Source: an uncultured delta proteobacterium (GTDB taxonomy: Bacteria; Myxococcota_A; Polyangia; Polyangiales; JAFGIB01). Taken from it: a stretch of DNA of 64,000 nucleotides. The stretch covers positions 448,001 to 512,000 of the forward strand of contig CAVZVA010000009.1 in assembly GCA_963778655.1 (NCBI GenBank), given 5' to 3'. The translations under genes were made by a program, and so were the position numbers. Below the pieces are notes generated by a model. It searched no databases. It was not told the origin of the DNA and worked only from the letters and a program-made list of their open reading frames with translations. Positions 29,507-40,100 of this stretch are shown here, piece after piece (within the stretch, counting starts at the first letter, position 1; each line of letters opens with the position of its first letter).

Positions 29507-30697
29507 ATGACACGCCAACACCGAGATTGCCCCGTCTCAAACGCCACGCTCGTCTTGTTCGCCGCCGCGTTGCTGCCGCTGTTTGCGGCTGCCTGCAACA
29601 AGGAGAAGCCGAGCGAAAAGCCAGCGGAGCCGGTTGCTGCGGCCGAGAAGGCGGCGCCCGCCGGCGACAAGACCCTGAAGATCGGCTTCATCTACGTCGG
29701 TCCGCGCGACGACTTCGGCTACAACCAGGCGCACGCCGAGGGCGCGAAGGCGATCGCCTCGATCCCTGGCGTCTCGATCCTCGAGGAGGAGAAGGTGCCG
29801 GAGACCATGGACGTCGAGCGCACCATGGAGAGCATGATCAACCTCGACGGTGCCAAGGTGCTGTTCCCGACATCGTTCGGCTACTTCGATCCGCACGTGC
29901 TCAAAGTTGCGGCGAAGTATCCCAACGTGACGTTCCTGCACTGCGGCGGTCTGTACAACCCGGCCAAGCATCCCAAGAACGTGGGCAGCTACTTCGGCTA
30001 CATCGACGAGGCGGAGTACCTCGACGGAATCGTCGCGGCCTACGCCACCAAGAGCAAGAAGCTCGGGTTCATCGCGGCCAAGCCGATCCCGCAGGTGTTG
30101 CGCAACATCAACGCCTTCACGCTCGGCGCCCGCAGCGTCAAGCCGGACATCACCACCACGGTGGTCTTCACCGGCGACTGGTCTCTGCCGGTCAAGGAAG
30201 CCGACGCGGCCAACAGCCTGATCGACCAGGGAATTGACGTGCTGACGGCGCACGTCGACAGCCCCAAGGTCGTGATCCAGACCGCGGAAAAGCGCGGCAT
30301 CTACTCGGTCGGCTATCACACCAGCCAAGCCGCGCTCGCCCCCAAGGGCTATCTGACGGGCGCCGAGTGGAACTGGCAAACGGTCTACAAGGCCTACGTC
30401 AAGCACTTCCAGGACCACACGCCTTGGGAGCACCTGGTGCGCGGCGGGCTCAAGGACGGCTTCGTCAAGACCTCGCCCTACGGTGCCGCGGTGTCGGCCG
30501 AGGCGAAGACCGCGGCCGACGCGGTGAAGGCCAAGATGATGGCTGGCGACTACGTGATCTTCAAGGGCGAGCTCAAGGACAATACGGGCAAGACCGTGAT
30601 CCCGGCCGGCACCGAGCTCAAGCAAACCGATCCCGTGCTCGAGTCGATGTCGTACCTGGTCCAGGGCGTCATCGGATCGACGGGGGCTGGTTCGTGA
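29507..30697 (+). CDS. BMP family ABC transporter substrate-binding lipoprotein
   Basis: Lipobox AAAC, GFIYVGPRDDFGYNQAH, TSFGY, NAFTLGA. Confidence 0.9.
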   Translation: MTRQHRDCPVSNATLVLFAAALLPLFAAACNKEKPSEKPAEPVAAAEKAAPAGDKTLKIGFIYVGPRDDFGYNQAHAEGAKAIASIPGVSILEEEKVPETMDVERTMESMINLDGAKVLFPTSFGYFDPHVLKVAAKYPNVTFLHCGGLYNPAKHPKNVGSYFGYIDEAEYLDGIVAAYATKSKKLGFIAAKPIPQVLRNINAFTLGARSVKPDITTTVVFTGDWSLPVKEADAANSLIDQGIDVLTAHVDSPKVVIQTAEKRGIYSVGYHTSQAALAPKGYLTGAEWNWQTVYKAYVKHFQDHTPWEHLVRGGLKDGFVKTSPYGAAVSAEAKTAADAVKAKMMAGDYVIFKGELKDNTGKTVIPAGTELKQTDPVLESMSYLVQGVIGSTGAGS

Positions 30698-31833
30698 GAC
30701 TTCGCTCCGCCGGAGCTTTCACGCCGGCGGCCACGCTCGGCGTTCAAGCGATCGCGATCCTGGTCGCGATGCTGCTGTTCGGCGTCTTCTTGCTGATCGT
30801 GGGGACCAATCCCCTGTCGGTCTACGGCGACATGTACAGCGGCGCCTTCGGCTCGTGGTTCTCGACGCAGAACTCCCTGGCTCGTGGCTCGCCGCTCATG
30901 CTGACGGCACTCTGCACCGCGCTGCCGGCGCGGCTCGGCCTGGTGATCATCGGCAACGAGGGCGCGCTGCTGCTCGGCGGCCTGGGCGCGGCGGCGACCT
31001 CGATGGCGCTGCCGCCGGCGCTCTCGCCGCTGCCCGCGCTCTGCAGCATGCTGCTCGCGGGCGCGGCCGCAGGCGCGGTGTGGATCGCGCTTGCGGGCGT
31101 GCTGCGCCAGCGTCGCGGCGTCAACGAGACCATCAGCAGCTTGCTGCTGTTCTACATCGGCCTGGCGATCTTCCTGTATCTGGTCGAGGGTCCGTTGCGT
31201 GATCCGTCCAGCCTCAACAAGCCCTCGACCTACCCGGTGCCCGACGCCAACATGCTCGGCAACATCCCCGGAATGGACGTGCACTGGGGACTGGTGTTCG
31301 GGTTGCTAGCCTGCGTGTCGTGCTACGTGCTGATGGAGCACACGACTTTCGGCTTCGCTGCCCGCATCGTCGGCGGCAACCTGCGCGCGGCGCGGCTCGC
31401 GGGCCTGCCCGTGACGAGGCTGCTGCTCGTCACCTGTCTGCTCGGCGGCGCTGCCGCGGGGCTGGCCGGCGCGGTCGAGGTGGTCGCGATCCACGGCGCG
31501 GCCAATGCCACGCTGTACGCCGGGCTGGGCTTCTCGGGCATCCTGGTGGCGTTCGTGGCGCGCCAGCATCCGCTGGGCATCATCCCGGTCGCCGTGCTGA
31601 TGGGCGGCATCCAGGCCAGCGGTGGGCTGCTGCAGCGGCGCCACAACCTGCCCGACGCCGCGGTTGACGTGTTCAAGGGCATCCTCTTCATCGTCATCCT
31701 GGCCAGCGAGACCTACGTGGGCCGGGCGCACGCCGCGGTGCAGCGGCTGACCGCAGCGTGGGCCGACGCCGCGCCGGCGCACGCGCAGGCCGGGGGCGTG
31801 GGCGCGCCCGCCACCAAGGAGGTGCTGCGATGA
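30694..31833 (+). CDS. ABC transporter permease (CUT2/nucleoside-type)
   Basis: IGNEG, VNETISSLLL, GGNLRAARLAG; GTGA overlap. Confidence 0.88.
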   Translation: MRLRSAGAFTPAATLGVQAIAILVAMLLFGVFLLIVGTNPLSVYGDMYSGAFGSWFSTQNSLARGSPLMLTALCTALPARLGLVIIGNEGALLLGGLGAAATSMALPPALSPLPALCSMLLAGAAAGAVWIALAGVLRQRRGVNETISSLLLFYIGLAIFLYLVEGPLRDPSSLNKPSTYPVPDANMLGNIPGMDVHWGLVFGLLACVSCYVLMEHTTFGFAARIVGGNLRAARLAGLPVTRLLLVTCLLGGAAAGLAGAVEVVAIHGAANATLYAGLGFSGILVAFVARQHPLGIIPVAVLMGGIQASGGLLQRRHNLPDAAVDVFKGILFIVILASETYVGRAHAAVQRLTAAWADAAPAHAQAGGVGAPATKEVLR

Positions 31834-32753
31834 ACGAGGGCATTGGCTTGTGGGGCATCCCGCTCGCGATGCTGGGCGGAATGATCCGCGTGAGCACGCC
31901 GTACCTCTTCGTCAGCCTGGGCGAGACACTGACCGAAATGGGCGGGCGCATCAACCTGGGTCTGGAAGGCACGTTGATGATCGGCGCGGTCAGCGCCTAT
32001 GGCGTGAGCTACGCCAGCGGCTCACCGTGGCTCGGTGTGCTCGCAGCGGGCAGCTGCGGCGTGGTGATGGGCGCGCTGCACGCGTGGCTGTGCGGGCGCC
32101 CGCGTGTCAACGACATCGCGGTGGGCATCGCCATGATGGTGTTCGGTACTGGCGTCTCGTTCTTCGTCGGTAAGCCGCTGATTCAGCCCGAGGCACCCTC
32201 GCTGCCCGCGTTGGAGCTGGGCAGCTTCAGCGCCTCTCCGGCGGTGCGCGAGGCGCTGCGCGTCAACCCGTTGTTCCTGGTCGGCATCGCCCTGGCGCCG
32301 GCGCTGCTGTGGGCGCTGCGCAACACCCGCGCCGGGCTGGTGCTGCGCATGGTCGGCGAGAGCGCCGACGCAGCGCGCGCGCTCGGCTACTCGGTGCAGC
32401 GCGTGCGCCTGCTCGCGACCATGGCCGGCGGCTTTCTCGCCGGCGTCGGGGGCTCGTTTCTTTCGCTTTACTATCCCGGAGTCTGGAACGAAGGCCTCTC
32501 CAGTGGACAGGGCCTGATCGCGGTTGCCCTGGTGATCTTTGCGCGCTGGAATCCGATCTACTGCCTGTACGCCTCGTTGATATATGGAGCAGCCGGATCG
32601 CTCGGCGCGGCCTTACAATCGGCCGGCGTGGCGGTGAGCCCTCACCTCCTCGCCGCCACGCCGGCCGCTCTTACTTTGGTCATCATGGTCATCACCTGCT
32701 CGCCCGACCGCACCCTGCGCGGTGCGCCGGCCGAGCTGAGCGTCAACTCCTGA
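31830..32753 (+). CDS. ABC transporter permease
   Basis: [36 protein letters not shown]. Confidence 0.88.
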   Translation: MNEGIGLWGIPLAMLGGMIRVSTPYLFVSLGETLTEMGGRINLGLEGTLMIGAVSAYGVSYASGSPWLGVLAAGSCGVVMGALHAWLCGRPRVNDIAVGIAMMVFGTGVSFFVGKPLIQPEAPSLPALELGSFSASPAVREALRVNPLFLVGIALAPALLWALRNTRAGLVLRMVGESADAARALGYSVQRVRLLATMAGGFLAGVGGSFLSLYYPGVWNEGLSSGQGLIAVALVIFARWNPIYCLYASLIYGAAGSLGAALQSAGVAVSPHLLAATPAALTLVIMVITCSPDRTLRGAPAELSVNS

Positions 32754-32760
32754 GGCAACC

Positions 32761-33450
32761 GTGGGCACGAACAAGACCATTGTCGGATCCGAGCCCTACC
32801 CCTGGCCGTTCGACGGCGATCTGCGGCCGGAGAACACGGCCCTCGTCATCATCGACATGCAGACCGACTTCTGCGGCAAGGGCGGCTACGTCGATCTGAT
32901 GGGCTACGACATCTCCCCGGCGCGCGCCTGCATCGAGCCGATCAACGCCGTGCTGCGCGCCATGCGCCAGCGCGGCTACGCGATCTTCCACACCCGCGAG
33001 GGGCATCGCCCCGACCTGTCGGATCTGCCCGAGAACAAGCGCTGGCGTTCGCGCCAGATCGGCGCCGGCATCGGCGACCCGGGACCGTGCGGCCGCGTGC
33101 TGGTGCGCGGAGAGCCGGGCTGGGAGATCATCCCCGAGCTCACGCCATTGCCCGGCGAGCCGATCATCGACAAGCCCGGCAAGGGCTCGTTTTGCGCCAC
33201 CGACTTCGAGCTGCTGCTGCGGCTGCGCGGGGTACGCAACATCGTGCTGACCGGCATCACCACCGACGTCTGCGTTCACACGACCATGCGAGAGGGCAAC
33301 GATCGCGGCTTCGAGTGCCTGTTGCTGTCCGATTGTTGTGCCGCCACGGACATGGGCAACCATCGCGCTGCCCTGCACATGATCAAGATGCAGAACGGGG
33401 TGTTCGGCGCGGTGTCCGATGCGCGCAGCCTGCTCGCGGTGATCGAATGA
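32761..33450 (+). CDS. biuH: Biuret amidohydrolase (cysteine hydrolase/isochorismatase family)
   Basis: [43 protein letters not shown] closely recall Rhizobium BiuH; D-K-C triad present. Confidence 0.88.
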   Translation: MGTNKTIVGSEPYPWPFDGDLRPENTALVIIDMQTDFCGKGGYVDLMGYDISPARACIEPINAVLRAMRQRGYAIFHTREGHRPDLSDLPENKRWRSRQIGAGIGDPGPCGRVLVRGEPGWEIIPELTPLPGEPIIDKPGKGSFCATDFELLLRLRGVRNIVLTGITTDVCVHTTMREGNDRGFECLLLSDCCAATDMGNHRAALHMIKMQNGVFGAVSDARSLLAVIE

Positions 33451-34982
33451 CGGGGGCCGCCGCACGGGCCGGCGCGGCGCCCAGCCTCGAGCTGATCGCC
33501 ATGACCAAGCGCTTCGGCTTGTTCACCGCGCTCGACGACGTGGGCATGAAGGTGAAGTCCGGCGCGTTCCACGCGCTGCTGGGCGAGAACGGCGCAGGCA
33601 AGAGCACGTTGGTCAAGTGCGTGATCGGTTACCAGCAGCCCACCGCAGGCGACGTTCTGCTCAACGACAAGCAGGTGACGTTCGAGAGCACGCGCGAGGC
33701 CCATGCCGCTGGGATCGGCATGGTCTACCAGCGCTTCACGCTGGTCGAGAACATGAGCGTGGCGGAGAACCTGGTGCTGGTGCGCGACCACGTTCCGTCG
33801 GTGATCGACTGGAAGGCGGAGATCGCGGCGCTCGAGGCGTTCATGGACGCGATGCCGTTCCGCGTCCCGCTGCGCGCTCCAGTGCACTCGCTGGCCGCGG
33901 GCGAGAAGCAGAAGCTCGAAATCCTGAAGCAGCTCTACCTGCGGCGTAGGCTGCTCTTCCTGGACGAGCCGACCTCCGTGCTGACCCCGGCGGAGGCCGA
34001 CGAGGTGCTTGGTCTGCTCCACGCGATGACGCGGCGCCAGGAGTTGACGGTGCTGATCATCACCCATAAATTTCGCGAGGTGACTGCGTTCGCCGATGAG
34101 GTCAGCGTGCTGCGCCGGGGCAAGCTGGTCGGCGGGGGCCCGGTGAGCGATCTCGGTACCGAGGCGATGGCGCGCCTGATGGTCGGCGAGCAGACCCTGC
34201 GCCGGCCCGCGCCGCGCCGCGCCCAGGACAAGCACGAACAGCGGCTGATCATACGCGAGCTGAACGCGCTCGACGACACCGGCGTGCCGGCGGTCGAGAA
34301 GCTGTCGCTTTCGGTGCGCGCCGGCGAGATCGTGGGCGTGGCCGGGGTTTCGGGCAACGGCCAGCGCGAGCTGGTCGAAGTGCTCGCCGGACAGCGCAAG
34401 CGCGTCTCGGGCACGGTCGAGGTCGGGGGCGCCGCCTTCGAGGGCAAGCGCGAGCAGATCCGGGCCCGCCGGGTGAAGGTGCTGCCCGAGGTGCCCCTCG
34501 ACAACGCCTGCGTGCCCAACATGAGCGTCAGCGAAAACATGGCGCTGCGGGACTACGACGTGCCCCCGATCCGGATGCGCGGCGGGTTCGTCTCGAGGAG
34601 GCGCATCCGAGAGCGTGCGGAGCGCCTGATCGAGCGCTTCGGTGTGAAGACCACTTCTGCGGCCGTACCGATCCGGGAGCTGTCCGGAGGTAACATCCAG
34701 CGTGCGGTGCTCGCGCGCGAGCTGTCCGAGCCGAGCGACCTGCTGATCACACAGAACCCGTGCTTCGGGCTCGACTTCGCGGCCTCGGCCGAGATCCGCG
34801 CTCAGCTGGTCGACGCGCGCAACCGCGGGACCGCGGTGCTGCTGATCAGCGAGGATCTGGACGAGCTGATGGAGCTCTCCGACCGTCTGTGCGTGATGTT
34901 CGACGGGCAGATCGTGTTCGAGACCAAGCCGTCGGAGACCGAGCCGGGCACCGTGGGGCGCTACATGGCCGGCCATCATTAG
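33447..34982 (+). CDS. ABC transporter ATP-binding protein (two NBDs)
   Basis: [33 protein letters not shown]. Confidence 0.92.
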   Translation: MTGAAARAGAAPSLELIAMTKRFGLFTALDDVGMKVKSGAFHALLGENGAGKSTLVKCVIGYQQPTAGDVLLNDKQVTFESTREAHAAGIGMVYQRFTLVENMSVAENLVLVRDHVPSVIDWKAEIAALEAFMDAMPFRVPLRAPVHSLAAGEKQKLEILKQLYLRRRLLFLDEPTSVLTPAEADEVLGLLHAMTRRQELTVLIITHKFREVTAFADEVSVLRRGKLVGGGPVSDLGTEAMARLMVGEQTLRRPAPRRAQDKHEQRLIIRELNALDDTGVPAVEKLSLSVRAGEIVGVAGVSGNGQRELVEVLAGQRKRVSGTVEVGGAAFEGKREQIRARRVKVLPEVPLDNACVPNMSVSENMALRDYDVPPIRMRGGFVSRRRIRERAERLIERFGVKTTSAAVPIRELSGGNIQRAVLARELSEPSDLLITQNPCFGLDFAASAEIRAQLVDARNRGTAVLLISEDLDELMELSDRLCVMFDGQIVFETKPSETEPGTVGRYMAGHH

Positions 34983-35001
34983 CGCCGGTCCAGAAGGAGC
35001 A

Positions 35002-35063
35002 ACAGGAAGACAGGAAGGCGGGAAGCAGGACACGCAGATGTTTGTGCTTCGCGTCTGACCGTG
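35002..35063. repeat. GGAAGRCG-octamer element, copy C
   Basis: ACAGGAAGACAGGAAGGCGGGAAG with a degenerate right arm CTTCGCGTCTGACCGTG. Confidence 0.65.
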
Positions 35064-35089
35064 AAAAGGATAGCTTGGCGGCCGACCGC

Positions 35090-36910
35090 ATGTTGCCTTC
35101 GCTCGATCTGCAGACCCTGCGTGAAGAGTACGAAAGCGGGCGCACGACGCCGCCGCAGCTGATCGAGGCGCTGTGCGCGCAGATCGAGCGCACGCCGCAC
35201 GCCGGCATGTTCACGTTGGAGACGCTCGAGCTGGCCAAGCAGACCGCGGCCGAGGTGGTGGCCCGGCGCGCCCGGGGCGAGCGCATGCGCCTGTACGGCG
35301 TGCCATTCGCGATCAAGGACAACATCGACGTGGCGGGACTGCCTACCACCGCGGCCTGTCCCGCCTTCGCCTATCGGCCCGAGCGCAGCGCCCAGGTGGT
35401 CGAGCGCCTACTCGCCGAAGGCGCGATCCCGATCGGCAAGACCAACCTCGACCAGTTCGCCACCGGGTTGGTCGGGGTGCGCTCGCCCTACGGCGTGCCC
35501 GAGAACCCCTTCGACTCGCGCTACGTCCCGGGTGGCTCGAGCTCGGGCTCGGCGGTGGCGGTGGCGCGAGGTTTCTGTAGCTTCGCGCTGGGCACGGACA
35601 CCGCAGGCTCCGGACGCGTGCCGGCGGCGTTCAATAACGTGGTGGGCCTCAAGCCGAGCTCCGGCATGGCGAGCACGCGCGGCGTGGTGCCCGCGTGCCG
35701 CTCGCTCGACTGCGTGTCGGTGTTCGCGCTGAGCTGCGACGACGCTGCCGCGGTGGCGCAGCTCCTCGCGGGCTTCGACGCGGAGGATCCGTACTCGCGA
35801 CGCGAGGCGGACGCATGGGACCCGCGGGCGGGGCTGTTGCCGCCGCGCTTTCGCTTTGCCGTGCCGAACGCCGCGCAGCGGGTGTTCGATGACGCCGCGT
35901 ACCCGGCGCTGTTCGACGCAGCGGTGCGCGCGCTGCAGGCGGCGGGCGGGGAAGGGCGCGAGGTTGCATTCGAGCCCTTTCGCGAGGCCGGCGCGTTGCT
36001 CTACGACGGGCCGTGGGTGGCGGAGCGACTCGAGGCCGCAGGCGCCCTGCTGCAGAACGAGCCCGAGGCGCTGCATCCGGCGGTGCGCGCGATCTTCGAG
36101 AGCGCGGCGGCCTACAGCGCGCGCGATGCCTTTGCAGGGCAGCACCGTCTCTCGGCCCTGCGCCAGACCGTCGGCGCGCTGTTCGATGAGGTCGACTGCC
36201 TGCTGGTGCCGAGCACGCCGGGCACCTACCGCGTCGAGCAAGTCCTGGCCGAGCCGCTCGCGCTCAACGCGCGCCTCGGCGTGTACGCGAGCTTCGTCAA
36301 CCTGCTCGACTTGTGCGCGCTCGCGGTGCCGGCCGGCATGTGCGGCAACGGCTTGCCGTTCGGCGTGACCTTGATCGCGCGCCACGGGCGCGATGCGCTG
36401 CTCGCGAGCATCGGACGCGGGCTGCACGCGGCGCTCGCGCGCACGCTCGGCGCCACGCAGCATCCCGTGCCGGCGGCCCCGGCCGCGGTGCCAGCTGCGG
36501 CCGAGCGCTGCCAGCTGGCCGTGGTCGGCGCGCACCTCTCGGGGGAGCCACTCAACCGCGAGCTCACCGATCTCGGCGCGCGCTTGCTGTGCGCGACCCG
36601 CAGCGCGCCGCGCTACCGCTTGTTCGCCTTGCCCACCACGCCGCCCAAGCCCGGCCTGGTGCGCGTCGAGCCCGGCGAGCGCGGCTACGCGATCGAGCTC
36701 GAGGTGTGGGAGCTGTCGGAGTCGGCGCTCGGCCGCTTCATGCGAGGCGTGCGCGCGCCGCTGTGCATCGGCACTCTCGAGCTTGAGGGCGGCGGCAGCG
36801 TGCTCGGCTTCCTGTGCGAAGCCGCGGCCACGCGCGGCGAGCGCGACATCTCCGAGCTCGGCGGCTGGCGTGCCTTTCGTCGCAGCCTGAGCGCCAAGCC
36901 ATCGGGCTGA
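35090..36910 (+). CDS. atzF: Allophanate hydrolase
   Basis: KDNID, GKTNLDQFATGLVGVRSPYG, GGSSSGS, GTDTAGSGRVPA, C-terminal VVGAHLSG domain. Confidence 0.92.
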   Translation: MLPSLDLQTLREEYESGRTTPPQLIEALCAQIERTPHAGMFTLETLELAKQTAAEVVARRARGERMRLYGVPFAIKDNIDVAGLPTTAACPAFAYRPERSAQVVERLLAEGAIPIGKTNLDQFATGLVGVRSPYGVPENPFDSRYVPGGSSSGSAVAVARGFCSFALGTDTAGSGRVPAAFNNVVGLKPSSGMASTRGVVPACRSLDCVSVFALSCDDAAAVAQLLAGFDAEDPYSRREADAWDPRAGLLPPRFRFAVPNAAQRVFDDAAYPALFDAAVRALQAAGGEGREVAFEPFREAGALLYDGPWVAERLEAAGALLQNEPEALHPAVRAIFESAAAYSARDAFAGQHRLSALRQTVGALFDEVDCLLVPSTPGTYRVEQVLAEPLALNARLGVYASFVNLLDLCALAVPAGMCGNGLPFGVTLIARHGRDALLASIGRGLHAALARTLGATQHPVPAAPAAVPAAAERCQLAVVGAHLSGEPLNRELTDLGARLLCATRSAPRYRLFALPTTPPKPGLVRVEPGERGYAIELEVWELSESALGRFMRGVRAPLCIGTLELEGGGSVLGFLCEAAATRGERDISELGGWRAFRRSLSAKPSG

Positions 36911-37111
36911 GCGTCGCGCGACCGCCTGCGTGAAGCGCGCGAGCGGCCGCGGGTGAGCGCGCGCACGCACCGTGGTGGCATGTGTTCCAGCAGCGCATGG
37001 AGGGTTGACTCTCACTACGCCATGGCCAGAGCAAGCTACGGCAAGTCGCAGGCGTGGTATCCTAGTTGAGCAGCGCCGCTGGTCATTTCGGCCGCCGGCG
37101 TGTCGTCTGGG

Positions 37112-40100
37112 ATGGGTCGATTCTCCACAGAGTCTCGGCAGACACGGGACCTCTCCGTGCCGTCGCCGTCCGCGCACGAGCGCGTAGGCCGCTATCGCAT
37201 CAAGGAGCAACTGGCGGCTGGCGGCATGGGCGTGGTGTATCGCGCAGTCGATCAGCTCACCGGCGAGGAGTGCGCGCTCAAGCGCATCAAGCCCGAAGCG
37301 TTGCGCAGCGCTCACGGCATCGAATCGTTCGAGCGCGAGTACCAGGTGCTCGCGGGCATCAACCACCCGCGCATCATCCGGGTCCACGACTACGGCGTCG
37401 ACGAAGCCGGGCCGTACTACACGATGGAGCTGGTTGAAGGCGACGATCTGCGCACGCTGGCTCCGCTCGACTACCGCGACGCTTGCCGCTATCTGCGCGA
37501 CGTCGCGACCTCGCTCGCGCTGCTGCACGCCAGGCGCCTGCTGCACCGCGATCTGAGCCCGCGCAACGTGCGGCTCACGCCGGACGGGCATTGCAGGCTG
37601 CTGGATTTCGGCGCGCTCAGCGAGTTCGGACCCTCCAGCCTGATCGTGGGGACGCCACCTGCGATCGCGCCCGAAGCAGCGCAGGGGGCGGTGCTCGATC
37701 AGCGCACCGATCTCTACGCGCTCGGCGCGCTCGCGTACTGGTTGCTTACGCGCCAGCACGCATACCCCGCCAAGCGCATCGACGAGCTGCCGGAGCTATG
37801 GCAGCGCCTGCCCGAGCCGCCCTCGAGCCTGGTCGAGGGCATTCCGCCTCAGCTCGATGAGCTCGTGCTCTCGCTGCTCGATCAGAACCCGCTCGCGCGC
37901 CCGGCCAGCGCCGCCGCAGTGGTCGCCAGGCTCAGCGTCATCGGCGAGCTCGAGGCCGAGGACGAGGAGGATCTGGCGCGGCTCGCGACCAGCTTCCTGG
38001 CTACGCCGCACCTGGTCGGACGCAGCCGAGAGATGGCCGAGCTGGGCGCGCGCATCGAATTGGCGGTGGGCGGCCGCGGCGGGGCCGTGGCGATCGAAGG
38101 CGCAGCGGGCACGGGTCGCACCCGCCTGCTGGAGGAAGTCGGCGTCGTCGCTCAGCTCGCGGGCGCGCACGTGCTGCGCGTGGACGCCGGCATGCACCGG
38201 CAGCCGAACGGCACGGCGCGGGCGCTGGTGCGGCAGCTGCTGGACACGCTGCCCGTCTCTGCGGACACCACGGCCCGGCTCAGCCCAGCTGCCATTGCGC
38301 AGGTCGGCGAGATCGAGACACGCATGCGGCTGCGTCATTCGCTGCCGGTGCCGGGGACCCGCGCCGATCCGTCGCTTGCGGGCGGGGTCTCGCTCGAGAG
38401 CTGGCTGGCGGAGGTTAGTTGCTCCACGCCGCTGCTGGTGGAAGTGGACAACGTCGAGTACGCGGATGACCCGAGCCTGGGCTTGTTGGCCGCCCTCGCC
38501 CGCGGCGCGGGCGAGCAGGCGGTGCTCATCGTCGTCACCCACAAGCCGGTCGATCCCGCGCAGCGCTCGGTGGGCCTGGCCGCGCTGCAGGCGCACTGTA
38601 CGCCGATGGCGCTGGCCGCGCTGAGCGAGCAGGAGACGACCGAGCTGGCGCGCTCGCTGTTTGGCGACGCCAGCAATTTGGCGCGCTTTGCGGAATTCCT
38701 CTATTCGCGGACCGCCGGCAATCCACTGCACTGTCTGGAGATCTCGCGCCAGCTCGTAGCCAAGCGCGTCATCCGCTACCTCGAGGGCAACTGGGCGCTG
38801 CCCGCCGAGCGCCCAGACGCGACGCTTTCTTCCGCGCTGGAGGGCGCGCTGGCGGCGCGCCTGGCCGCGCTTTCCGACCAGAGCCGCCAGCTGGCGGAGT
38901 GTCTGAGCCTGCACCGCGGCGAGCTCAGCACGGAGCTGTGCCGCAGGCTCGTGAGCAAGGGAGCCGATCGCGAGCTGTTCGCCTTGCTGGATGAGCTCGC
39001 GCGCAACGATGTGCTCTATAGCGGCGAAGGCGGCTGTCGCTTCAGCACCACGGCCCTCCAGGACGCGCTGTTGGCCGGAATGGACGATGCCGCGCGCGAG
39101 CAGGGTCACCGCCGATTGGGTGAAGCCTTGTTCGGCATGATCGCGTCCGACCAGCACGCGCGGCGCATCCAGGCCGGATGGCACTTGCTGCGCGGCGGCG
39201 AGCAAACGCGGGGCGCTGATCTGATCGCCGCGGTAGCGTGCGACAGCGTGGCCGTACGCCTGGTCTTCACCGATCTGCACGGCGCCGGCGCCGCGCTCGA
39301 GGCTGCGCTCAAGGTCTATCGGCGGCAGCGCCGCACGGTCTACCAGCAGTTGCCGCTGCTCTCCGCGCTGGCCCAGGCCGGCTACTACGAGGACCGGCGT
39401 TGGGGCGAGCTGTACGGCGATCAGGCCCTCGACGTACTCGAGGATCTGAGCGGTCTGCGCGCGGCGCGCAGCTTGCGTCGCTTCCTGGGTGGGTTTCTCG
39501 GCCTCGTGGTGGGCCTCGGCTACGCCTGGCTGCGCTTCGCGCTCGCGCCCCGCCGCGATCGTGGCTACGGCTTCGGCGAAATTTTGATCCAGCTGTTCGG
39601 CGCGGTAACCTGCTTGACGGCCGTCGCCGTGTTGGGGTTGGATGCCGAGCGCGCGCGCTTCGTGGCCGGGACGCTGGCGCCGTTCGCGGTGCTGCCCGAG
39701 CGCACCACGCCCGTGGGCATCTACCAGTTTTGCCAGAGCTTGCGCCAGATCGCGCTCGAGAATCAGGCGGAGGCGTTCGAGACCTTCGAGCGCTTGCTGA
39801 AGCGTTTCGGAGATCCGCGCTACTATCCCACCTTGCCCCAGGAGGCGCGCGGGATCTACCTGGCCGGGGTGCACTTTGCCCGCGCGGTGTTCGCGACCTA
39901 CCGCGGCGACGGCCGCGCTGCGCTGGAGAGCGCGGACGCGCTCGACGCGCTCGATCTCAAGTTCTACGCGATGATCGCGAGCGAGATGCGCTTTCTGTAC
40001 TACATGAATCGCGGCGATTTTCAGGCCGCCGCGCAGCATCGCCAGCAGGTCGACATCCACGCCGCGCACGTGGGCTCGGCCTGGCAGGTCGAGCAGTGGG

